Part shown: positions 53,927-63,116 of the stretch, piece by piece
Layout: every line of letters starts with the position of its first letter
Numbering within the stretch: position 1 is the stretch's first letter
Assembly: GCA_964534895.1 (NCBI GenBank)
Contig: CAZHQB010000001.1
Span: 561 to 64,560, forward strand
Source of the DNA: an uncultured Micavibrio sp.
GTDB lineage: Bacteria > Patescibacteriota > Minisyncoccia > Moranbacterales > GCA-2747515
Direction of reading: 5' to 3'
DNA: 64,000 nt
Notes under the pieces: model-generated
Told to the model about the DNA's origin: nothing
Seen by the model: the letters and a program-made list of their open reading frames with translations, nothing else
The model's database searches: none
Program-made: the position numbers and the translations under genes

Positions 53927-54295
53927 ATGTTTGGACTTAAAGGACGGGATACATTTAATAAGCCAACAAGCGATGTTGGTGTGACTGTAAAAAAAGTAGG
54001 ACAATGGTGGATTAAATCATTTCCAAATATTTTGTGGATTATTGGTTTTTGTGTAATTGCGATAATTGTATATACTTGGTATTTGTATTTATATAAAAAA
54101 GATGTGACAGAGAAAGAAAAGCAAGCTTATATTGCTAAACAGATGAGTGAGGTAACCTTTAAGAAGAAAAAATTTGATACTCTAAAAGATATTATTATTA
54201 AAAGACAAGAGAATTTTGATAAGCAAAGGGTTAAATACAAAGATGTTTTTTATGAACGTGAATTTTTACAAAATGAGTTAGAAAAAGAAATATGA
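53927..54295 (+). CDS. Hypothetical single-TM protein at the end of the pil operon
   Basis: One TM helix; 4 nt after pilO. Confidence 0.75.
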   Translation: MFGLKGRDTFNKPTSDVGVTVKKVGQWWIKSFPNILWIIGFCVIAIIVYTWYLYLYKKDVTEKEKQAYIAKQMSEVTFKKKKFDTLKDIIIKRQENFDKQRVKYKDVFYEREFLQNELEKEI

Positions 54296-54364
54296 ACAAT
54301 AAGATATAATAAATAAGATTAATTATAAAATGCTCCTTAACCAGGAGTGTTTTATAATTATATG

Positions 54365-54437
54365 TGCCCTTGCCAGGACTCGAACCTGGAATAATTGGGC
54401 CGAAACCAATCGTGATATCCAATTTCACCACAAGGGC
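54365..54437 (-). tRNA. tRNA-Arg (TCG)
   Basis: Minus strand GCCCTTG/CAAGGGC acceptor, ATTGG-TTTCGGC-CCAAT anticodon arm, GTTCGAGTC T-loop. Confidence 0.92.
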
Positions 54438-54583
54438 AGGTAAATGGTAGTCTTCTGTTATTGTATTATGCCTGTAAAAAAGTATCTAGTCAAGACAATT
54501 AATTTTTGATATAATTATAAAACAGTTGTACATATTATTTTGTAATGGTACAATGAAGTTATTAAATAGTAACATATGAAAAT

Positions 54584-54829
54584 ATGGCAAAAGTAACAAT
54601 TTATTCTACGCCAACTTGTGGTTATTGCACAATGGCAAAAGATTTTTTGCAAGAAAAGGGTGTGGAATATGAAGAAATAGATGTATCTGTTGATCAACAA
54701 AAAGCACAAGCGATGGTTGAAAAAACTGGTCAAATGGGAGTTCCAGTAATTATCATTGAAAAAGATGGACAAGAAGAGGTGCTTGTTGGATTTGATCAGG
54801 TACAACTTACAAATCTTTTAGGATTGTAA
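54584..54829 (+). CDS. Glutaredoxin-like (NrdH/YruB family) protein
   Basis: TPTCGYC, GQMGVPV, VGFD. Confidence 0.93.
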   Translation: MAKVTIYSTPTCGYCTMAKDFLQEKGVEYEEIDVSVDQQKAQAMVEKTGQMGVPVIIIEKDGQEEVLVGFDQVQLTNLLGL

Positions 54830-54837
54830 AACCTGAA

Positions 54838-54867
54838 TGTAGTGTACGGACATGTCTGTACACTACA
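54838..54867. repeat. GTAG-type REP-like palindrome
   Basis: TGTAGTGTACGGACATGTCTGTACACTACA is a near-perfect 30-nt palindrome. Confidence 0.75.
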
Positions 54868-54901
54868 CTTATGGTTTTATTATTTTTATTTTACTAAAAT
54901 T

Positions 54902-55825
54902 ATGTATGAAGTAATTATTATTGGTGGTGGCCCAGCTGCAGTGGCTGCTGGGGTATATGCAGCTCGTAAGCAAATCAAAACTGCATTATTTGCTACACAA
55001 ATCGGAGGACAATCTGTGGTATCTGATGGAATTGAGAATTGGATTGGTGAAGAGGTGATAAGTGGTCCAGATTTAGCACTTAAATTAAAAAAACATCTTG
55101 AAGCACAAAAAGATAGTATAGACTTACATATTGGAGAAAATGTTGATAAAATCAACAAAAAAAATGATGGTACATTTGAAGTTATGGTAGGTGAAAATAT
55201 ATATAATACAAAAACAGTTATTGTATGTTCCGGTGGCCGTCACAGAAGATTGGGTGTGCCAGGAGAAGATAAGTTTGAAGGAAAGGGAGTAGCTTTCTGT
55301 GCTACATGTGATGCTCCATTTTTTAAAGATAAAGATGTTGCTGTTGTAGGTGGTGGAAATAGTGGGCTTGAGGCAGTTGTAGATCTTATGAAATATGCTA
55401 AAAAAGTTTATCTTATTGCTAGAAAGGATGAAGATGGTCTTCGAGGTGATCCTGTAACATTAGCTGAAATTAAGAGCTCAGATAAAGTAGAAACGATTTA
55501 TGAAGCAAATGCAATTGAGGTTTTGGGAGATAAAATGGTAACAGGTTTGAGGTATAAACATATTGAAGGTGAGGAGGGCACAATTGAAGTACAAGGAGTA
55601 TTTGTCGAAATAGGTAGTGTGCCGAATAGTGAAATTGTTGCAGATTTTGTAGATACAGATGATTGGAATAATATTAAGATAAATTGTGAAACTCAAGAAA
55701 CTAGTTGTCCAGGAGTATTTGCGGCTGGAGATGTAACTAACACAATTTATAGACAAAATAACATTGCTGTTGGTGACGCTATAAAGGCATTACTTTCAGC
55801 ACATGAATATTTGAAAAAAAATTAG
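54902..55825 (+). CDS. trxB: Thioredoxin reductase
   Basis: GGGPAA, CATCD, GGGNSG, FAAGD. Confidence 0.92.
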   Translation: MYEVIIIGGGPAAVAAGVYAARKQIKTALFATQIGGQSVVSDGIENWIGEEVISGPDLALKLKKHLEAQKDSIDLHIGENVDKINKKNDGTFEVMVGENIYNTKTVIVCSGGRHRRLGVPGEDKFEGKGVAFCATCDAPFFKDKDVAVVGGGNSGLEAVVDLMKYAKKVYLIARKDEDGLRGDPVTLAEIKSSDKVETIYEANAIEVLGDKMVTGLRYKHIEGEEGTIEVQGVFVEIGSVPNSEIVADFVDTDDWNNIKINCETQETSCPGVFAAGDVTNTIYRQNNIAVGDAIKALLSAHEYLKKN

Positions 55826-55833
55826 TAGGAAAT

Positions 55834-56271
55834 ATGAAAATATATATAGGTGCAGATCATGCTGGATATGAGCTTAAGGAAAAAATAAGACAATTTTTAT
55901 TGGAAGAAATGAAGTATGAAGTGGTTGATTTTGGAGCAAATGTATTTGATGAAGATGATGATTACCCAGATTTCATAAGACCAGTTGCAAAAGCAGTCGC
56001 CAATGATATTGATAGTTTTGGAATTGTTTTTGGTGGTTCCGGACAAGGTGAGGCAATGGTTGCAAATCGTGAGAAGGGTGTACGTGCAGCAGTATATTAT
56101 GGTGGTCCAAAAAAAATTATTACACTTTCACGTGAACATAATGATGCAAATATACTTTCGATTGGAGCTAGATTTGTGAGTGAAAAAGATGCAAGAGATA
56201 TTGTGAGTTTATGGCTTAAAACACCATTTAGTAATGCTGATAGACATAAGAGACGTATTAAGAATATTTAA
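55834..56271 (+). CDS. rpiB: Ribose-5-phosphate isomerase B
   Basis: GADHAG, DYPD, GGSGQGE, REHNDAN, RHKRR. Confidence 0.95.
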   Translation: MKIYIGADHAGYELKEKIRQFLLEEMKYEVVDFGANVFDEDDDYPDFIRPVAKAVANDIDSFGIVFGGSGQGEAMVANREKGVRAAVYYGGPKKIITLSREHNDANILSIGARFVSEKDARDIVSLWLKTPFSNADRHKRRIKNI

Positions 56272-56330
56272 TTTTTTATATTATATTAGATAAATATAAT
56301 TGATAATCTTGTTAATAATATTATCTTATT

Positions 56331-56981
56331 ATGATTATAATTCCAGCTATTTTAGATGCTGATAGCGATAGGGTCATCGAACAATTAAATCAGTTGCGTG
56401 GTTTTGTAGATTGGATTCAGATTGATTTGGCTGATGGTACTATGACAGACAGTAAGACATTTGATTTGTATGATTTAGTAGGGGAAGTAGATGATTTTGA
56501 TGTGGAAGTACATTTGATGACTGTTGATCCAGTCAAATATTTAGATGCTTGTGCAACTATCGGAGCTAAACGCGTCTATTTTCATCTTGGCGAAGTGGAA
56601 AATCCATCACAAATTTTATCTGCTATGGATCCATATGATTTTACAAAGGGAATCGTGCTTTCACCACAAACTCCAGTAGAAGATGTATTTACATATATTG
56701 ATGAAATAGATGCTGTACAAGTGATGACAGTTGTGCCAGGTGCTCAAGGTGGTGAGTTTTTAGATGAGATGTTAGATAAAGTTTCTTATCTTAGAGAGCG
56801 TAGAGGGGATATTTGGATTTCAGTTGATGGAGGTGTAAATAAAAATACAATTATGCAAATTGTTAAAAAGAATGTCGATGCAGCTGGTGTGGGTAGTGCT
56901 ATTTTACAGAATCAGGATATACTTAGTGCTTATAAAAAATTGAAAAATTTAATTGATGATGAAAGTCATTTAGGTGAGTAA
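56331..56981 (+). CDS. rpe: Ribulose-phosphate 3-epimerase
   Basis: QIDLADG, EVHLM, MTVVPGAQG, VDGG, VGSA. Confidence 0.9.
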   Translation: MIIIPAILDADSDRVIEQLNQLRGFVDWIQIDLADGTMTDSKTFDLYDLVGEVDDFDVEVHLMTVDPVKYLDACATIGAKRVYFHLGEVENPSQILSAMDPYDFTKGIVLSPQTPVEDVFTYIDEIDAVQVMTVVPGAQGGEFLDEMLDKVSYLRERRGDIWISVDGGVNKNTIMQIVKKNVDAAGVGSAILQNQDILSAYKKLKNLIDDESHLGE

Positions 56982-57186
56982 TTACTTAAGTTTGTTTAAT
57001 ATAATTTTTTAGAAATCTATTTTGTGTCACTTTGATTGAAATGATGATAAAATTGAGGATCTTCTAAATTGGTGATTCATGAGTATTTTTCAATAGATTT
57101 AGAATTTATTGGTTTATGTAAGTATTATGACAGTGAACAATTTGAAATAATAGAGTTATATATTAATTATTAAAAATAAAAATATT

Positions 57187-58449
57187 ATGAAAAATCCATT
57201 TGATAATGCGATGCGACAATTGAAAAATGCTTCTGATGTAATAGGTATTGAAGAAAATGTTTTAGCGCTTTTACAAAAGCCGCAACGCATTCATGAGATA
57301 GCCATTCCTGTGAAGATGGATGATGGGAAAATAAAGACATTCAGGGGGTATCGTGTGCAATACAGTAATGCGCGTGGACCGTATAAGGGCGGAATCCGTT
57401 TTCATCCAGATGTTGATATTGATGAAGTGAAAGCACTTTCTTTTTGGATGAGTATCAAATGTGCTGTAGTTGGGCTGCCTTATGGTGGGTCAAAAGGTGG
57501 AATTGAAGTAAATCCAAAAGAACTTTCGAATAGAGAATTGCAAGAATTAAGTAGGGGTTATGTGAGGGGATTATATTTGGAGATTGGTCCAAAAATTGAT
57601 ATTCCAGCACCTGATGTTTATACTAATCCTCAAATTATGGGATGGATGATGGATCAGTACTCATTGTTGAAAGGATATACTGTACCAGGTTCTTTTACAG
57701 GTAAACCAGTTGAGATTGGAGGAATTACAGCTAGGGCAAGTGCAACAGCTAGAGGTGGTTTTGTACTGCTTGAGCGAATTATGAAAAAATTAAATGTAAG
57801 ATCAGATGAAACACGTATTGCAGTGCAGGGATTTGGTAATGCGGGTTATACTTTTGCATGTCTCGCATTTGATGCTGGATATAAGATTGTGGGTGTGAGT
57901 GATTCGCGAGGCGCAATTGTTAGTAAAAATGGTAAAAGTATAAATCCTTATGAAGTAATGGAAAAAAAGAAAGAAAAGGGAAATATTTATTGTGATAAAT
58001 CTGTATGTGATACTGATGAGTATGCTTTTGTCACAAATGAAGAATTGCTTGTAATGAATTGTGATGTGCTTGTGCCAGCAGCAATTGAAAATCAAATTAC
58101 AGGTAAAAATGCAAAAAATATAAAGGCACATACAATTATAGAATTAGCGAATGGTCCAACAACACCAGAGGCAGATGAAATTTTGTATAAAAATAAAATA
58201 ACAGTTATTCCAGATGTTTTAGCAAATGCTGGTGGTGTAACTGTATCGTATTTTGAGTGGTTGCAAAATATTCAAAATACATCATGGAGTGAGAGTGAGA
58301 CAAACAGAAAATTAACTGAAATTATGGTTGAATCCTATGAAGCTATACATACAAAAGTACGAGAACATAAAATTGATTACAGGAAAGCATCATTTATTCT
58401 TGCAATTGAACGAATCACAAAAGCGATGAAAGGACGAGGTTGGGTGTAA
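57187..58449 (+). CDS. gdhA: Glutamate dehydrogenase (Glu/Leu/Phe/Val family)
   Basis: GPYKGGIRF, GGSKGG, PAPDV, QGFGNAG, ANAGGVTVSYFEW. Confidence 0.95.
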   Translation: MKNPFDNAMRQLKNASDVIGIEENVLALLQKPQRIHEIAIPVKMDDGKIKTFRGYRVQYSNARGPYKGGIRFHPDVDIDEVKALSFWMSIKCAVVGLPYGGSKGGIEVNPKELSNRELQELSRGYVRGLYLEIGPKIDIPAPDVYTNPQIMGWMMDQYSLLKGYTVPGSFTGKPVEIGGITARASATARGGFVLLERIMKKLNVRSDETRIAVQGFGNAGYTFACLAFDAGYKIVGVSDSRGAIVSKNGKSINPYEVMEKKKEKGNIYCDKSVCDTDEYAFVTNEELLVMNCDVLVPAAIENQITGKNAKNIKAHTIIELANGPTTPEADEILYKNKITVIPDVLANAGGVTVSYFEWLQNIQNTSWSESETNRKLTEIMVESYEAIHTKVREHKIDYRKASFILAIERITKAMKGRGWV

Positions 58450-58535
58450 TTAATAGTTAAATGTTTAAAATTATAAAGCAAAAGGTAAGTAAACTAAAAG
58501 TTGTAGATGTACGTATTCATTTCTTTTTATAAATA

Positions 58536-58571
58536 AAACAGCAATTAATTGATTACAGTTAGTTGCTGTTT
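58536..58571. terminator. Probable bidirectional terminator
   Basis: AAACAGCAATTAATTG-atta-CAGTTAGTTGCTGTTT between convergent genes. Confidence 0.6.
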
Positions 58572-58594
58572 ATAAATACTAGACGTTATATATA

Positions 58595-59058
58595 TTAAAT
58601 GGCAAGTACTTTTACTTTTGGATAATCTTTGAATATTTGAGATTTAGCTTCTAATCGTGTTTTTATTGTAAAGACATACAATTCATCAAAACCAAGATAA
58701 GCAGCTTTAATATAATTATCACCATTGATGTGACAAGTTACACCAGCAATATCAATGATTGATGGGACAACAAATGCACCAGTGCCTACCAGGTTATCTT
58801 GTAGTCTTTTGGCATTTTCTTCTAAAACATCACGAGCTTTTTACGTTCTTCCCAAGTCTCAGTAATTCGTCCGTGGACATCGTCAAAAGCAATGGTATAG
58901 CCAGCCGCACTAAATCTTTTGCTAATTTTTGTTCCACCGCCAACAATGATGATAACAAAAGATTGCCTTGCTATTTCTGTTACAAAATATTTAAAAGCTT
59001 TACTTTTGAAAATATCTCCAGAAGCCTTGATTAAAATATTTCTAACATTATCATTCAT
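58595..59058 (-). pseudogene. Frameshifted small amino-acid-kinase-fold protein (~154 aa)
   Basis: LIKASGD and IVGGGT in frame 1. After CGT AAA AAG the -1 frame continues ARDVLEENAKRLQDN...CHINGD...KVLAI*. Total 464 nt is one base short of 155 codons. Confidence 0.7.
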
Positions 59059-59137
59059 GATTTTTTCTCCTATGCGTGAAATTGTGGTAATATATATGTG
59101 AAAGGACGATATTGTATTTTATATGATAAAATAATAA

Positions 59138-61018
59138 ATGTCAACAAAACAAACAAAAATAAAAGAATTAGAGAAAATAAATAAATTATTGAGATATTGG
59201 ATTTTGGATATGACTACGACTGCTGGTTCTGGTCATCCTACCTCGTCACTTAGTGCTGTAGAACTTATGAGTACTCTTATGTATTCAGGTATTTTTCGGT
59301 TTGATGTCAAAAATACTGATGATACAAATAATGATAGACTTATCTTTTCCAAGGGACACGCGTCACCACTTTTTTATGCTCTTTGGGCTGGAGCTAATGC
59401 TATACCTGTTGAGCATTTAAATACTTTTAGAAAAATTGATAGTAATTTAGAAGGACATCCTACTATGAGATTTCCGTTTACTGAAGTAGCTACTGGTTCA
59501 TTGGGGCAGGGATTATCTGTAGGTGTAGGTATAGCTTTAGCACAAAAAAAGTTAGATGGGACTAATGCTCGGACGTATGTACTTTTGGGGGATAGTGAAA
59601 TGGCAGAAGGGCAGGTATGGGAGGCGATGAGTTTAGCTAGTTATTATGAGTTGGGTAATTTGATTGCGATAGTAGATGTTAATAGATTGGGTCAACGTGG
59701 TGAAACAATGCTTGGACATAATACAGAAAAATACGCTGAGCGCGCTAGAGCTTTTGGTTGGAGAACTGTCGTAGTTGATGGGCATAATGTAGAGGAAGTT
59801 TTGCGAGTATATACTGATATGATAGGAGAATATAAAAAACCTCTTATGATAATTGCAAAAACATACAAAGGAAAAGGAATTTCATTTCTTGAAGATAAAT
59901 ATAGTTGGCATGGAAGAGTTTTATCAAAACAAGAATTTATAGAGGCTGTGAGTGAATTAGGTGATATTGATTTTGATGTACGAGGTAAAATAATAAAACC
60001 AGTAAATAATAAGAAGATAAAGAAAAAAAATAAAAATATTAGTGAGGTCGTTAGTATGTCCTGGGAACAAAATAATGATAAAAAATATGCAACACGTGAT
60101 GCATACGGTGAAACATTGGTTAAGATGATGAGTGAAGATAAAAAAATTGTAGTATTAGACGCGGAAGTAAGTAATTCTACACGTTCTGAAAAAGTGAAAG
60201 AATATTATCCAAATCGTTTTTTTGAAATGTTTATAGCAGAACAAAATATGGTAAGTGTGGCTGTTGGGTTAGCTAGACTAGGATATAAACCATTTTGTTC
60301 TACCTTTGCGGCATTTTTTACTAGAGCACATGATCAAATTCGCATGGGCAGTCTTAGTGAGAGTAAAATTACTCTTGTTGGTTCACATGCAGGCGTGTCA
60401 ATTGGTGCCGATGGAGGGTCACAAATGGGATTGTCTGATATTGCTATGTTTCGTGCAATACTTGGAAGTGTGGTAATGTATCCGTCAGATGTAGTATCGG
60501 CTAGTAAAATATTTCAGTTAGTTCATAAATTTGACGACATTTCTTATGTGCGGACAACGCGAGAAAAAACGATTATGCTTTATGATATAAATGAAGAGTT
60601 TATGATAGGAGGTTTAAAGTTGTTGAAACATAGTGAACAGGATAAAGCCGTAGTAATTGCAGCAGGGATTACGGTACATGAAGCACTTAAGGCTTATGAA
60701 ATATTGCAGATAAGAAATATAGACATACGTGTGATTGATATGTATTCTATAAAACCAGTTAATGCTGAATCATTACTTAATGCAATTGGGGATGTAAATC
60801 ATATTATCGTTGTGGAAGATCATTTTGCACAAGGTGGTATAGGGGAGGTGGTGCAAAGTGTACTTATAGGGTTGTCTGTGACGATAGCACATCTGGCAGT
60901 GCACAAGATACCTCATAGCGGTTCAGCAGAAGAATTATTACAGTATGAAAAAATTAATTATAGTGCTATTATAGATGAAGTGTATAAATTAAATAATAAA
61001 TTAAATAAAAGTTTATGA
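59138..61018 (+). CDS. tkt: Transketolase
   Basis: SGHPT, SKGHA, EGHP, TGSLGQG, GDSEMAEG, IAEQN. Confidence 0.96.
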   Translation: MSTKQTKIKELEKINKLLRYWILDMTTTAGSGHPTSSLSAVELMSTLMYSGIFRFDVKNTDDTNNDRLIFSKGHASPLFYALWAGANAIPVEHLNTFRKIDSNLEGHPTMRFPFTEVATGSLGQGLSVGVGIALAQKKLDGTNARTYVLLGDSEMAEGQVWEAMSLASYYELGNLIAIVDVNRLGQRGETMLGHNTEKYAERARAFGWRTVVVDGHNVEEVLRVYTDMIGEYKKPLMIIAKTYKGKGISFLEDKYSWHGRVLSKQEFIEAVSELGDIDFDVRGKIIKPVNNKKIKKKNKNISEVVSMSWEQNNDKKYATRDAYGETLVKMMSEDKKIVVLDAEVSNSTRSEKVKEYYPNRFFEMFIAEQNMVSVAVGLARLGYKPFCSTFAAFFTRAHDQIRMGSLSESKITLVGSHAGVSIGADGGSQMGLSDIAMFRAILGSVVMYPSDVVSASKIFQLVHKFDDISYVRTTREKTIMLYDINEEFMIGGLKLLKHSEQDKAVVIAAGITVHEALKAYEILQIRNIDIRVIDMYSIKPVNAESLLNAIGDVNHIIVVEDHFAQGGIGEVVQSVLIGLSVTIAHLAVHKIPHSGSAEELLQYEKINYSAIIDEVYKLNNKLNKSL

Positions 61019-61773
61019 CAATAGATAGAGATAAAAAATTAACATTTACAGTAAAAGGAGAACAAATACATGTACCATTAAATCGTGAACATGAATTTTT
61101 AACTCCAGAGACTATTAAATTGGATAAATATACAAGCGGATTGTCTTGGAGGATTTTGAAAATACAGTCAGAGTTTGTAAGAGGACATGATTTTTTGTCT
61201 AGATTTGATAAAGCGGTGAGTATTTTTGGTAGTGCGCGATTTGGTTTTGAAAATAAAGTATATCAGGAAGCAGAAAAAATAGCTTATAAATTAGCCAAAA
61301 AAGATTTTGCAGTTTTTACTGGTGGTGGACCAGGTATCATGGAAGCTGCAAATAAAGGAGCTAAAGAAGCTGGTGGAATAAGTGTTGGAATTAATATTAA
61401 CTTACCAGGAAATAGCGTGACAGAAAGAAAAAATCCATACATTACTGAGTCAGAATCATTTGATTTTTTCTTTTCTCGTAAAGTTATATTATCTTTTGCA
61501 TCTCAGGTATACATATTTTTTCCAGGAGGTTTTGGCACATTAGATGAATTGTTTGAAATGCTTACTCTTATACAAACTGGCAAAACAAAACCAATTCCAG
61601 TGATTTTGGTTAATAAAGAATATTGGACCCCGCTTATTAATTGGATTCGTGGTGTAGTATGGGGGAAAAATCGTGCTATCAAAGAAGAGGATATGGATTT
61701 ATTTCATTTAGTAGATACTGCAGAAGAAGCATGTGAGATAATTGACAGTTGTAATTTAAGTGATGAAAAATAA
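61015..61773 (+). CDS. LOG/SLOG family (TIGR00730) nucleotide phosphoribohydrolase
   Basis: IFGSAR, TGGGPGIMEAAN, PGGFGTLDE. Confidence 0.93.
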   Translation: MTIDRDKKLTFTVKGEQIHVPLNREHEFLTPETIKLDKYTSGLSWRILKIQSEFVRGHDFLSRFDKAVSIFGSARFGFENKVYQEAEKIAYKLAKKDFAVFTGGGPGIMEAANKGAKEAGGISVGININLPGNSVTERKNPYITESESFDFFFSRKVILSFASQVYIFFPGGFGTLDELFEMLTLIQTGKTKPIPVILVNKEYWTPLINWIRGVVWGKNRAIKEEDMDLFHLVDTAEEACEIIDSCNLSDEK

Positions 61774-62611
61774 AGAAATTATAAAAACAACTGGAAATTC
61801 AGAAAAATTTTCTATCAAAAAATTACAAAAATCAATACAAAGGGCTGGTATAGATCAAAAAACTGCCAAAGAAATTGCAATTAAAGTTGCTGGTGAGCAG
61901 GGTATACATACAACAGTTGACTTACATAGAAGCACGTATGAAAAATTGAAACAAAAATATAGTCCAGTAGCAGCAAGATATAACCTCAAGAGAGCTCTAA
62001 AAATTCTTGGTCCTAGTGGATATCCTTTTGAACAGTTTGTGGCACGTTTATTGGATGCACGTGGTTACAAGACTAGTACTAATCGGACATTGCGAGGTAA
62101 ATGTATTTCACATGAGACCGATGTAATTGGTTATAAAAATGAAAGACATTTTATTTTTGAATGTAAATTTCATAATAATTTAGGATATAAAAGTGATGTG
62201 CAGACGGTACTTTATATGAAAGCTCGTTTTGATGATATTAAATCAAGATGGAAAAATATACATGAGGGACGTGATGGACATTTACATAAATTATGGATTG
62301 TTACAAATACACAGTTCACTTCGCAAGCTATAGAATATGCAAAGTGTGTTGATGTCGAACTTATGAGCTGGCGATATCCGAAAGGAAAAAGTTTAGCAGA
62401 GCTTATTGATAAAACAGGACTTCATCCGATAACAGCAATTACCAAATTAACAAAAGGACAAAAAGATAAAATTTTACATGCAGGTTTAGTGCTGTGTAGA
62501 GAGGCTGAGACAAAAAAAGAAATACTTAAAAAAGCGGGTGTGCGAGGACGCAAATTAGAACAGATTTTAGCAGAGGCAAAATCTATTGTAGATTTAGAAA
62601 ATGAGAGTTGA
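61763..62611 (+). CDS. ATP-cone domain plus Mrr-like PD-(D/E)xK restriction endonuclease
   Basis: IIKTTGNSEKFSIKKL ATP cone; GYPFEQFV, HETDV, FECKFH, VTNTQFT..A. Confidence 0.85.
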   Translation: MKNKEIIKTTGNSEKFSIKKLQKSIQRAGIDQKTAKEIAIKVAGEQGIHTTVDLHRSTYEKLKQKYSPVAARYNLKRALKILGPSGYPFEQFVARLLDARGYKTSTNRTLRGKCISHETDVIGYKNERHFIFECKFHNNLGYKSDVQTVLYMKARFDDIKSRWKNIHEGRDGHLHKLWIVTNTQFTSQAIEYAKCVDVELMSWRYPKGKSLAELIDKTGLHPITAITKLTKGQKDKILHAGLVLCREAETKKEILKKAGVRGRKLEQILAEAKSIVDLENES

Positions 62612-62659
62612 TTTTTTATAAAAAACTGCTATAATTATTTGGTAGTGTAATTTTTTCAT

Positions 62660-62732
62660 GGCGACTATAGTTCAACGGTTAGAACATCGGTTTGTGGTAC
62701 CGAGGATGAGGGTTCGATTCCCTCTAGTCGCC
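62660..62732 (+). tRNA. tRNA-His (GTG)
   Basis: G-1:C73, GCGACTA/TAGTCGC, TTGTGGT loop, GTTCGATTC. Confidence 0.94.
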
Positions 62733-62894
62733 CAACTAATAAATATGATTTTTATTTGTAAAATGTTTTGTGATAATTAAATTTTTTATCAAAAAGTATT
62801 TTATAATTTAACTTTGTTAATCTATAAGCCTACCTGATTATTCTAAAAAATTTTTAAAATTGAATGAAGTGTGGTATGATTAAGTTGTAATAAT

Positions 62895-63096
62895 TTAGGT
62901 CACTGAAGAATTAAAATTTACTATCATCTCAAGTGTGACTAAGTGAAGTTGAAAAATTGAGATGAATACTGTAGGTAAAGAGTATGCTCTGAAGTATTCA
63001 AAACTGTAAGAATGGAATAAAATTGTTAGTTTGGAGATTTTTTGCTTTCCCAGTGTTACAGTCGAAATAATAAGTTGTTAATATTTTGAGGGTCTT
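62895..63096. mobile_element. About 200-bp palindromic MITE-like repeat, copy 2 (inverted, more decayed)
   Basis: Colinear with the reverse complement of 35191-35394; shared blocks AATTAAAATTT, TAAGTGAA, GTAGG, CTGTAAGAAT, AATAAAA. Confidence 0.75.
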
Positions 63097-63116
63097 AATA
63101 ATTATTTAACATAAAA

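Noticed and set aside
54231-54431. 66-aa minus-strand ORF
   Set aside because: It overlaps tRNA-Arg and the end of a + strand gene; a shadow ORF.
56982-57186. Possible structured RNA before gdhA (AAATCTATT/AATAGATTT)
   Set aside because: Only a short AT-rich inverted repeat, not distinguishable from chance by eye.
58759-59101. Plus-strand ORFs 58759-59034 and 58919-59101
   Set aside because: Antisense to the frameshifted minus-strand gene, which has recognisable motifs.
23055-61018. TGA-to-Gly recoding (code 25)
   Set aside because: TGA ends full-length conserved genes and forms ATGA overlaps (eno/pfkB, pilM/pilN, tkt/LOG), so it is a stop codon.
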